Shown: one piece after another, positions 33,917-41,591 of the stretch
Position numbering within the stretch: position 1 is the first letter of the stretch
Layout: the number at the start of each line of letters is the position of its first letter
The notes under the pieces: model-generated
The model's input: the letters and a program-made list of their open reading frames with translations, nothing else
What the model was told of the DNA's origin: nothing
The model's database searches: none
Assembly: GCA_949290395.1 (NCBI GenBank)
Contig: CASERQ010000002.1
Span: 130,727 to 194,726, forward strand
DNA length: 64,000 nucleotides
Source of the DNA: an uncultured bacterium
Lineage (GTDB): Bacteria; Bacillota_I; Bacilli_A; RFN20; CAG-826
Direction: 5' to 3'
Position numbers and translations under genes: made by a program

Positions 33917-34573
33917 ATGATTTCAAAAAGACTAAACAAAATAGGTAGTTTTATTAAAGACGACCATGATGTTTCCGATATTGGAAGCGATCATGGTCTT
34001 CTTTTGGTTTTACTAAATCAAAAAGATTTTAAACATAATGTTTTAGGCGTAGAAAATAAGATTGGACCATATAAAAATTTAGAAAAAACTGTTTTATCAA
34101 TTAATAAAGAAAATTTTAAATCAGTATTAGGCGATGGACTAGAAATAGTACCAGAAAACTATAAAACCATTGTTATTGCCGGCATGGGCTTTAATAACAT
34201 CAAAAATATTGTATTAAATGACTTAAAAAAAGGTTTTAAAAGACAAAAATTTATAATTGATTGCCATACAAGCCAAAAAGAAGTTCGTGGTTTTTTCGTT
34301 AGTTTGGGTTATTCAATTGAAAATGAAGCCATTGTCTTCGAAGATTCAATTTATTATGATATCATCGTTTTCTCTTTATCTGATTCTAAAAAATACACAG
34401 ATATTGAACTTGAATTTGGGCCTTTTAATATAGAGAAAAAAGAAGAATTATTTATTCAAAGATATAATTCTGAACTAGAAAAACTTAAAGAGTTATACAA
34501 TAAAATTGATAATTTAGATAGAAAAAATGAATTAAGCAAAGAAATAACAAAATTGGAGGAAATTTTAAAATGA
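33917..34573 (+). CDS. trmK: tRNA m1A22 methyltransferase TrmK
   Basis: DIGSDHG, GDGL and IAGMG motifs; follows sigA. Confidence 0.9.
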   Translation: MISKRLNKIGSFIKDDHDVSDIGSDHGLLLVLLNQKDFKHNVLGVENKIGPYKNLEKTVLSINKENFKSVLGDGLEIVPENYKTIVIAGMGFNNIKNIVLNDLKKGFKRQKFIIDCHTSQKEVRGFFVSLGYSIENEAIVFEDSIYYDIIVFSLSDSKKYTDIELEFGPFNIEKKEELFIQRYNSELEKLKELYNKIDNLDRKNELSKEITKLEEILK

Positions 34574-35352
34574 ATACAAAAATCATGCTAAAAAAACTTG
34601 CAAAGTTTTTTCCAAAATCATTAGCAGAAAGTTATGATCACGTTGGATTACAATGTGGCGTATTAAAGGAAGAAACAAACTGTGTCCTTCTTTGCTTAGA
34701 TTATGATGAGGATGTATATCAATACATTATCGATAATGGTTTAGATAAAAAGATTGATATGATTATTTCTCATCACCCATTTATTTTCGGAACAAGGGCA
34801 AAAGTCTTAAAAAATGATCCACTTAAAAAAGAGTTATATGATAAAACCTTAGCTTTAAACATACCAGTATATAGTTACCACACAAACTTCGATAGTGGTA
34901 AAAACGGTATGAATGAAGCTCTTGTAGCTGAACTTGGTCTTGCTAATGCTCATCAATTAGAAACTGAACCAATGGCGAGAGGCGGCGAACTTGAAGAAGA
35001 AATGGAAGTTCATGATTTTGCTAAATATGCCATGGATAAATTGCATGTTAATTATGGACTTTTAATTAATGAAGGTAAAAAGAACATAAAAAAAGTAGCC
35101 ATCATTGGCGGAGGTGGATGGTCATCCTACCTTGCAGCAAAGAATGAAGGCTACGATATTTATATCAGTGGTGATATTCCACATCATGGAAGACGTGGAG
35201 TAGTTGCAAACAAATATAACTATTTGGATTTGCCTCATGAGATTGAGAAAATCTTCATGAAGCAATTCAAGAAAGTTTTACTTTCTATAAACGCTGAATT
35301 TGAGATTTTAGATGTTGATCAAGAAGATCTTCCTGAATTCCTTTGTATCTAA
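34570..35352 (+). CDS. Nif3-like dinuclear metal protein (YqfO)
   Basis: DHVGL, SHHPFIF, YHTNFD and GD..HH motifs. Confidence 0.92.
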   Translation: MNTKIMLKKLAKFFPKSLAESYDHVGLQCGVLKEETNCVLLCLDYDEDVYQYIIDNGLDKKIDMIISHHPFIFGTRAKVLKNDPLKKELYDKTLALNIPVYSYHTNFDSGKNGMNEALVAELGLANAHQLETEPMARGGELEEEMEVHDFAKYAMDKLHVNYGLLINEGKKNIKKVAIIGGGGWSSYLAAKNEGYDIYISGDIPHHGRRGVVANKYNYLDLPHEIEKIFMKQFKKVLLSINAEFEILDVDQEDLPEFLCI

Positions 35353-36226
35353 AGTAATTATAGATATCTTCAATTCCTTTTCTTGAAACACTACCATCAG
35401 ATATTAAATAAATTTTCTTGTCATTTGGTATTTTAAGAGATAGTGCTTCTTGAACATTAGAAATAGTAGCATATAGTACATTTTTAGTAGTTAAGTGGTA
35501 GTATTCTAGTAAGAATTTATCACTTTTTTTAGTGGAACTAACTATAAGTAATACATCGCCATTCTTAATCTTTTCTAATAAAATCTTTTTCTTATCAAAA
35601 TTTTCATCACTTAATTGATTATTAACAGTGACTTTGTCTAAATAACTTTTAATTTTAAATAATGCACTTGATAAAGTTTCATTAGCAATTTCGCTTTGAT
35701 AAATAATCTCGTTTTTACTCTTATTTAATCTTTTTGTAAAGATTGAACTATTTAAATTATTTTCATTATTAGCCAAATCATATAAAAAGAAGTTGTGATT
35801 GGTAACTGAAGCTAAATAACTTTCTTCGATTGTATTTGAATTACCAACATAAATGATTTTTTTACCAAATCTTGCTTTTTTAATGGCTTTAACTTTTTCT
35901 ATAGTAACAGGGGATGTTGCATCAAAATAAAGAATCTTTCTTTTATTCATTATTTTAAATAATTTATCTTCTGTTCCGTAAGGAGAAGTTATAACTAGAG
36001 TGTCTTTATCCAAATTATTTAAATAGTCAGCAAAACCTTCGTAAGGAATATCAACAATATCAATATTCAATCTGAAAAGTTCATTTTTTACTTGTTCGCC
36101 ATTTAAAACACTTCCAAGAAGAACTATTTTAGAGCTTGGAAAAGAGTAACGAGCTTTTGTCGCGACATCTAATAAATTAGCTAATGTCTTTGAATAACCA
36201 CATGGTTCAATAATTTCTATATCCAT
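35285..36226 (-). CDS. IspH/LytB-like protein lacking the FeS ligands
   Basis: Full length. PCGYS, SPYG, DATSP and IYVGNSNTIEE align with IspH PRGFC, SAHG, DATCP and LIGHAGHPE. Occupies the ispH position between yqfO and cshB. Confidence 0.75.
   Translation of the reverse strand: MDIEIIEPCGYSKTLANLLDVATKARYSFPSSKIVLLGSVLNGEQVKNELFRLNIDIVDIPYEGFADYLNNLDKDTLVITSPYGTEDKLFKIMNKRKILYFDATSPVTIEKVKAIKKARFGKKIIYVGNSNTIEESYLASVTNHNFFLYDLANNENNLNSSIFTKRLNKSKNEIIYQSEIANETLSSALFKIKSYLDKVTVNNQLSDENFDKKKILLEKIKNGDVLLIVSSTKKSDKFLLEYYHLTTKNVLYATISNVQEALSLKIPNDKKIYLISDGSVSRKGIEDIYNYFRYKGIQEDLLDQHLKSQIQRL
35463..35516 (+). repeat. 11-bp phased TAGT array, 5 units, antisense inside the ispH-like gene
   Basis: ATAGTAGCAT ATAGTACATTT TTAGTAGTTAA GTGGTAGTATT CTAGTAAGAAT (first spacing 10 bp). 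Confidence 0.7.
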
Positions 36227-36282
36227 GGGAATATTCTAACATTTATGATGAAAAAGTGGCACAAATTATATAAAATTACGCT

Positions 36283-37647
36283 ATGCAATTTAAAAGTTAT
36301 AACTTAAATAAAGATTTAATTCGAATTTTAGAAGAAAAAGGCTACAAGGATTTAACAAAAATTCAAGAACTCGTCATCCCGAAGGCTTTAAAAGGCGAAA
36401 ACATTATCGCTAAGAGTGAAACCGGAAGTGGTAAAACACATTCTTTTATTGTCCCTATAATCAATAACGTTGTCATTGATGGTACTTTGCAAGCAATTAT
36501 TTTAGCTCCTACAAAAGAGTTAGCTAGGCAAACTTTTGATTTTATTAATGAAATCATTAACGAAGAACCATTTAACAAAATTAAATGTAAGTTATTTACT
36601 AGTGGTGAAGATCAGACTAAAGATCTTAAATCTTTCCTTAATGGAGCAGAAATTATAGTTGCTACACCAGGAAAATTGAATTTCTTGTTAAATGCTGCAA
36701 CAACTGATTTATCAACATTAAAAACTTTAGTCTTAGATGAAGCAGATATGCTTATAGATAAAACATTTATCGACGATATCGATAAAATATTCGAGAAAGT
36801 AAATAAAAGTATTATTCAAGTTGAAGTTTTTAGCGCAACAATCTCAAAAAGTGTTAATGATTTCTTAAGAAAATTCATTTCTCCAGATTACACACTTACT
36901 GTTGATGAAAAGAACAAATCTAATAAAAACGTTTCTCACTATTTCATTAATACAAAGCATCAAGACAAATATGAATTACTTTTAAGATTTATCGAAATCA
37001 AAAACCCTTACTTACTATTTGTTTTCGGCAATTCTAAAACGGAAGCTAAAAATATCTATGAGTTTTTGTATAACAACAAATATAAATGCGGACTCATAAG
37101 TGGCGAATTAGATAAGAGAGAGCGTCGTTCAATGTTAAGACGAATAAAGAACGACGAATTTAGAATTGTTGTTTGTACAGATCTTGCAGCAAGAGGATTA
37201 GATATTGATGATGTTAGTGAAGTTTTAAATTTCAACATTCCCAATAATCTTGAATATTATTACCATAGAGCAGGAAGAACGGGTAGAATCGGTAAAACTG
37301 GAGAGTGTTACTCATTCTACGATAACGATTCAATTACGCTACCTTTAAAATTAAAAGCAGAAGGACTTGAAGTTAAATATTTGAAATTCTCTAATGGCGA
37401 ACTTATCCAAGACAACTCATTAGAGAAAAACTTTAAGCGCCGTAAAACTAATAACAATGTTGAATTAGAAAAGGAAATTAAAAAAGCAAAAAGTTTTGCA
37501 ATGGGTGATAAAGTAAAGCCGGGATATAAGAGAAAAGTTAAGACTGCTATTGATAAAGTTAAGAGAAAACACAAGAGAGAAGTAATCAAAAAAGACATTA
37601 GACGTCAAATGGTTGAAAGATATAAAAGAGAGGCCTTAGAAAAATAA
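36283..37647 (+). CDS. cshB: DEAD-box RNA helicase (CshB-like)
   Basis: ETGSGKT, DEAD, SAT, HRAGRTGR and C-terminal KVKPGYKRK. Confidence 0.9.
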   Translation: MQFKSYNLNKDLIRILEEKGYKDLTKIQELVIPKALKGENIIAKSETGSGKTHSFIVPIINNVVIDGTLQAIILAPTKELARQTFDFINEIINEEPFNKIKCKLFTSGEDQTKDLKSFLNGAEIIVATPGKLNFLLNAATTDLSTLKTLVLDEADMLIDKTFIDDIDKIFEKVNKSIIQVEVFSATISKSVNDFLRKFISPDYTLTVDEKNKSNKNVSHYFINTKHQDKYELLLRFIEIKNPYLLFVFGNSKTEAKNIYEFLYNNKYKCGLISGELDKRERRSMLRRIKNDEFRIVVCTDLAARGLDIDDVSEVLNFNIPNNLEYYYHRAGRTGRIGKTGECYSFYDNDSITLPLKLKAEGLEVKYLKFSNGELIQDNSLEKNFKRRKTNNNVELEKEIKKAKSFAMGDKVKPGYKRKVKTAIDKVKRKHKREVIKKDIRRQMVERYKREALEK

Positions 37648-37662
37648 ATTTCTAAGGCCTTT
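37631..37662. terminator. hairpin terminator between convergent cshB and ispG
   Basis: AGGCCTTAGAAA-AATAAA-TTTCTAAGGCCT, a 12-bp perfect stem. Confidence 0.75.
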
Positions 37663-37670
37663 ATATTTCT

Positions 37671-37714
37671 TTAGTATAAAATTAGTAATTATTTAGTTAA
37701 TTAATAGTATTAAA
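37671..37714 (+). repeat. 11-bp phased TAGT array, 4 units, in a convergent intergenic region
   Basis: TTAGTATAAAA TTAGTAATTAT TTAGTTAATTA ATAGTATTAAA. Confidence 0.8.
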
Positions 37715-38762
37715 AATCATCAATTATCTTAAATAATTCTTCTAAAACATTCTCTGCTTTAGTCGTTTTTAACACCTGTCCCTTAGAGAATATTTGGTAC
37801 ATTCCATTGCCGCCAGCTATTCCAATGTCAGCAGATTTACCTTCACCAATTCCATTGACAATGCAGCCCATTACAGCCACTGTTAGATACTTTTTGTTCT
37901 TAATTAGATAATCTAAAATCGCATCTGCAATCTTTGCTGTATCTTGAACCATGCATCTTCCACAAGTAGGGCAAGTGATAATTGTTGGATAATCTTTGTA
38001 CAAACCCAAATCGTGCAAAAGTCTGACACATGTTTTTATTTCTTTTTGAGGGTTATGAGTTAATGAAATTCGCATTGTCGAACCGATACCATCCAATAAC
38101 AATGGAGATAAAGCACTTACTGATCTAATAATTCCAATTTCATCATAGCCACTTTCGGTAACACCTATGTGTAATGGATAATTAGTGTTTTCCGCCATCA
38201 GACGGTAAGCTTTTATTGTCAGAAGTGGATTTGAAGCTTTTACACTAATAACTAATTTTTTAAAACCATACTTTTCAAACTTTTCAATATATTTTTTAGC
38301 GCTTAAAACAAGTTTTTCCTCTTCAGAAATATTGGAATTTATAAGATCTTTTTCTAGTGACCCCTTATTAACGCCGATTCTAATTGCTATATCGTATTCT
38401 TTAGCAATATCAATTAATTCTTTTAATTTTTCATCGCTTCCAATATTTCCAGGATTAATTCTAATTTTATCAGCACCATTTTGAATGGCTAAAATCCCTA
38501 AATTAGCATCAAAATGAATATCAGCAACTAAAGGAATGCTAATTTGTTTTTTAATTTCTTTTATAGCGTAAGCATCTTCTTTGTCAAAAACACTAACACG
38601 CATCATTTGTGCGCCTAAAGAAGTACATTCATTAATTTCTTTTACGACTGCATCGACTTTTGATGTTTTAACATCACACATCGATTGAATTATTACTTCG
38701 TTATTTCCACCAATTACAATATTTCCGACTTTTACTGGTATAGTTTTTTCTCTTGTATTCAT
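37710..38762 (-). CDS. ispG: HMBPP synthase IspG
   Basis: IQSM, LVADIHF, RINPGN, HIGVTE, CPTCGR and MGCIVNGIGE motifs. Confidence 0.96.
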   Translation of the reverse strand: MNTREKTIPVKVGNIVIGGNNEVIIQSMCDVKTSKVDAVVKEINECTSLGAQMMRVSVFDKEDAYAIKEIKKQISIPLVADIHFDANLGILAIQNGADKIRINPGNIGSDEKLKELIDIAKEYDIAIRIGVNKGSLEKDLINSNISEEEKLVLSAKKYIEKFEKYGFKKLVISVKASNPLLTIKAYRLMAENTNYPLHIGVTESGYDEIGIIRSVSALSPLLLDGIGSTMRISLTHNPQKEIKTCVRLLHDLGLYKDYPTIITCPTCGRCMVQDTAKIADAILDYLIKNKKYLTVAVMGCIVNGIGEGKSADIGIAGGNGMYQIFSKGQVLKTTKAENVLEELFKIIDDF

Positions 38763-38972
38763 ATTAAAATTATTAAACATTTAATTTTTAAAATCTATTA
38801 GAAATAAACTTATTAAGTACACTAATAGAAGAGCAAGTTATTGAAATTTATCCTACTAATTAGAAATAGAGATTTGTTCTCTTGTTATGCCTTTCATTAA
38901 CTTTAAAAAATGTAGAAATCAACAACCAAATGTGATATTATCACGTATGCATTAGCGAAAGGAGTTTTTAAT

Positions 38973-39122
38973 ATGCGTGATAACATTATATTAAAGTGTA
39001 CAGTTTGTGGCGAAGAACAATATATTACTTCTAAAAACAAAAAGAACAATCCTGATAGAATTGAAAAGAAAAAATATTGCCCACATTGTCAAAAAGTTCA
39101 AGTTTTTAAAGAAAAGAAATAA
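38973..39122 (+). CDS. rpmG: 50S ribosomal protein L33 (absent from the ORF track)
   Basis: Own translation [48 protein letters not shown]. Confidence 0.97.
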   Translation: MRDNIILKCTVCGEEQYITSKNKKNNPDRIEKKKYCPHCQKVQVFKEKK

Positions 39123-39137
39123 ACTTTTTAATTTTAT

Positions 39138-39791
39138 ATGATCAAAACCTTCAGATTTGATACAGATAGAAATGAGTTTAGTGCCAATACATATGTTGTT
39201 GGAGAACCTGGTGGAAGATGTGTTGTTATTGATTTAGGTTCAACTCAAGATAGAGTTATAGAATTTATAAAAAATAACTTCTCATCATGTTCAGGAATCT
39301 TATTAACTCATGGACATTATGATCACATTAGAGGTATTAAAAAGTTTCTTGAAAATTTTAATTGCACGATTTTCGTACATCAAGATGAAAAAGAAGTACT
39401 CGAAAATCCAAAATTAAACATGTCCCATTACTCTGAAAAAGAAGATATCTCATATAATTATTCAAATATGTATTTATATGATGATGAAGATGAAATTGAT
39501 TTTAAAAACGGTTATATCTTTAAAGTAATAGCAACACCATTTCATACATTGGGGAGTTCTTGCTTCTTATGTGAGAAAGAAAACGCTTTATTTACAGGTG
39601 ATACACTATTTAAAGATTCAATAGGCAGAACCGATCTTCCTTTAGGTAATGAAAGGTTGATTAATCGAAGTTTATCTAAACTCTTGTTATTAGATGATAA
39701 TTTAAAAGTCTATCCAGGACATGGAGATGAGACTACTTTAAAAAGAGAAAAAGAAAAGAATTTATTTTTATCAAAAATAGAAAGGAAATGA
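39138..39791 (+). CDS. MBL-fold metallo-hydrolase (glyoxalase II-like)
   Basis: THGHYDH, TPFHT, FTGDTLF and YPGHG motifs. Confidence 0.92.
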   Translation: MIKTFRFDTDRNEFSANTYVVGEPGGRCVVIDLGSTQDRVIEFIKNNFSSCSGILLTHGHYDHIRGIKKFLENFNCTIFVHQDEKEVLENPKLNMSHYSEKEDISYNYSNMYLYDDEDEIDFKNGYIFKVIATPFHTLGSSCFLCEKENALFTGDTLFKDSIGRTDLPLGNERLINRSLSKLLLLDDNLKVYPGHGDETTLKREKEKNLFLSKIERK

Positions 39792-39792
39792 T

Positions 39793-40350
39793 ATGAACGT
39801 TACAGAATTAAGACCAGGTAATTATTTTGAAGATGATGGTAATTTATATTATGTTATCGACATTTTATTAAACAAAACTGCCATGCGTAAAATGGTTGCT
39901 AAAGTTAAAGTTAAAAATGTTAGAACTGGAGCTATCACAGAATTAAGTGCTAATAGTGGTTACCAAGTTGATACCGTAAGATTAGATAAAAAGAAAATGA
40001 ATTATCTTTATGATAATGGTGATTTCTTAGTCTTTATGGACAATGAAACATATGAACAAGTCGAAATTCCAAAGACAAGACTTGAATGGGAAATCAAATT
40101 CTTAAAAGAAAATCAAGAAGTTGAAATTACTTCTTATGAAGATGAAATTTTAGGAATCAACTTACCAGCTAAAGTTACTTTACAAATTACACACTGCGAA
40201 CCAGCAGTTAGAGGTGATACAGTTAATAAAGCTATGAAAGACGCAACAGTCGAAACTGGTTTAAAAATCAGAGTTCCATTATTTATTAACGAAGGCGACA
40301 ACGTCCTTGTAAGAACCGATACTGGTGATTACGACGGAAGAGCCAACTAG
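39793..40350 (+). CDS. efp: elongation factor P
   Basis: YLYDNG, FMDNETYEQ, PAVRGDT and VPLFINEG motifs. Confidence 0.95.
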   Translation: MNVTELRPGNYFEDDGNLYYVIDILLNKTAMRKMVAKVKVKNVRTGAITELSANSGYQVDTVRLDKKKMNYLYDNGDFLVFMDNETYEQVEIPKTRLEWEIKFLKENQEVEITSYEDEILGINLPAKVTLQITHCEPAVRGDTVNKAMKDATVETGLKIRVPLFINEGDNVLVRTDTGDYDGRAN

Positions 40351-40365
40351 TTAAGGATACTTGAA

Positions 40366-40587
40366 ATGGTAGAAGGTTGGGTTGTTGCAGTAGCTTGCAT
40401 TGTTTGTGTTCTAGGCGGTTTAGTAATTGGATATTTTCTTTCAAGATATGTTTTCAAAAAACAACTCGAGAAAAATCCACCTATTAATGAAAATATGATT
40501 AGAGCTATGTATGCACAAATGGGTAGAAAACCAAGTGAAGCTCAAATCAGACAAGTCATGAACAGTGTAAGAAAACAACAAAAGTAG
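40366..40587 (+). CDS. yneF: YneF/UPF0154 membrane protein
   Basis: KNPPINENMIRAMYAQMGRKPSEAQI. Confidence 0.93.
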   Translation: MVEGWVVAVACIVCVLGGLVIGYFLSRYVFKKQLEKNPPINENMIRAMYAQMGRKPSEAQIRQVMNSVRKQQK

Positions 40588-40605
40588 TAGAGTTAAAAGT
40601 CAATT

Positions 40606-40633
40606 AAAAACGCGATTGTTATCGCGTTTTTTT
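40606..40633. terminator. bidirectional terminator between yneF and plsY
   Basis: AAAAACGCGAT-TGTT-ATCGCGTTTTT. Confidence 0.85.
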
Positions 40634-40662
40634 AATGTCTAATAAAAATGTTGAAGTTTTCC

Positions 40663-40695
40663 ACATATACTAGAAATGTACTAATTATCTACTAA
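40663..40695 (-). repeat. 11-bp phased TAGT array, 3 units, - strand
   Basis: On the - strand: TTAGTAGATAA TTAGTACATTT CTAGTATATGT. Confidence 0.75.
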
Positions 40696-40698
40696 TTA

Positions 40699-41451
40699 TC
40701 ATTTCATCCATTTAATTTTGTTTTCTTCACCGTTTCTTAATTTAATAAGATTTGATCTATGTTTATAAACTAACAAGAACCAACCTAATGTCATAAAAAC
40801 TGGTAAATAAATACAAACATGAGGACCGTATTCGGAGAACATTAAGTAACCAGAAATGGTTGGTCCACAGAAAACATAAACTACATAAACAATCCATGAG
40901 AACAAAACAATTAATGCTGATGTAAAGATGGATGTTATAGATACAATTTTAGTCTTCTTTAAAGTAAGGAAGTAGGTTGCTCCAAAAATTGGAAACGCGG
41001 TCCAAGAAATAGAAATAATAAATCCAGCGAAAGTAGAAACAATTTTTCCGCCCTTAAATTTTAAGAAACAACTATAAGCATGGCCAACCATACATCCTAA
41101 AGCAACCAAATAGTACGTTAACTCCGCCAATGTGTTTCCTTGACCAAAAGCATTATATTCTCTATTTTCTCCTAACATTAAATTTATTGCAGGTTCACAA
41201 AAAGTAAAAATAGCATAAGTCACTAAAAAAGGAACGATAAGCTTTAGAAAATCTAAAGCTATAGTGGCAACTCCAGCACCTTTTGAGATAGTGCGTCCAA
41301 CATTTGTTCCTCCAGGATTATGGCTACCATAATCACGTGGGTCTTTTTTGTAAAATAATTTTGAAATAATCACGCTATTAGGAATACTTCCGAATAAATA
41401 TCCAACAGCAAAACAAGCTAATAATGTTAAAGTTCTATATAAAATTTCCAT
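40699..41451 (-). CDS. plsY: glycerol-3-phosphate acyltransferase PlsY
   Basis: YLFGSIP, GSHNPGGTN, GH..FKGGK and HRSN motifs; divergent from parE. Start 41451 or 41457. Confidence 0.93.
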   Translation of the reverse strand: MEILYRTLTLLACFAVGYLFGSIPNSVIISKLFYKKDPRDYGSHNPGGTNVGRTISKGAGVATIALDFLKLIVPFLVTYAIFTFCEPAINLMLGENREYNAFGQGNTLAELTYYLVALGCMVGHAYSCFLKFKGGKIVSTFAGFIISISWTAFPIFGATYFLTLKKTKIVSITSIFTSALIVLFSWIVYVVYVFCGPTISGYLMFSEYGPHVCIYLPVFMTLGWFLLVYKHRSNLIKLRNGEENKIKWMK

Positions 41452-41591
41452 GCTCATATTTTACTAAAGTTTATAGGTTTTTACTATGCTCAAGAATAGG
41501 TTTAATGCATTTTTAATACCATGTTTTAAAGTGCCATATTAACGATATTTTTCTATAAAAAATGTTCTTTTTTTGATATAATTTCGCTTGT

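Noticed and set aside
38795..38862. ACTA-containing motifs in the ispG-rpmG spacer
   Set aside because: Spacings of 11, 13 and 34 bp give no consistent phasing.
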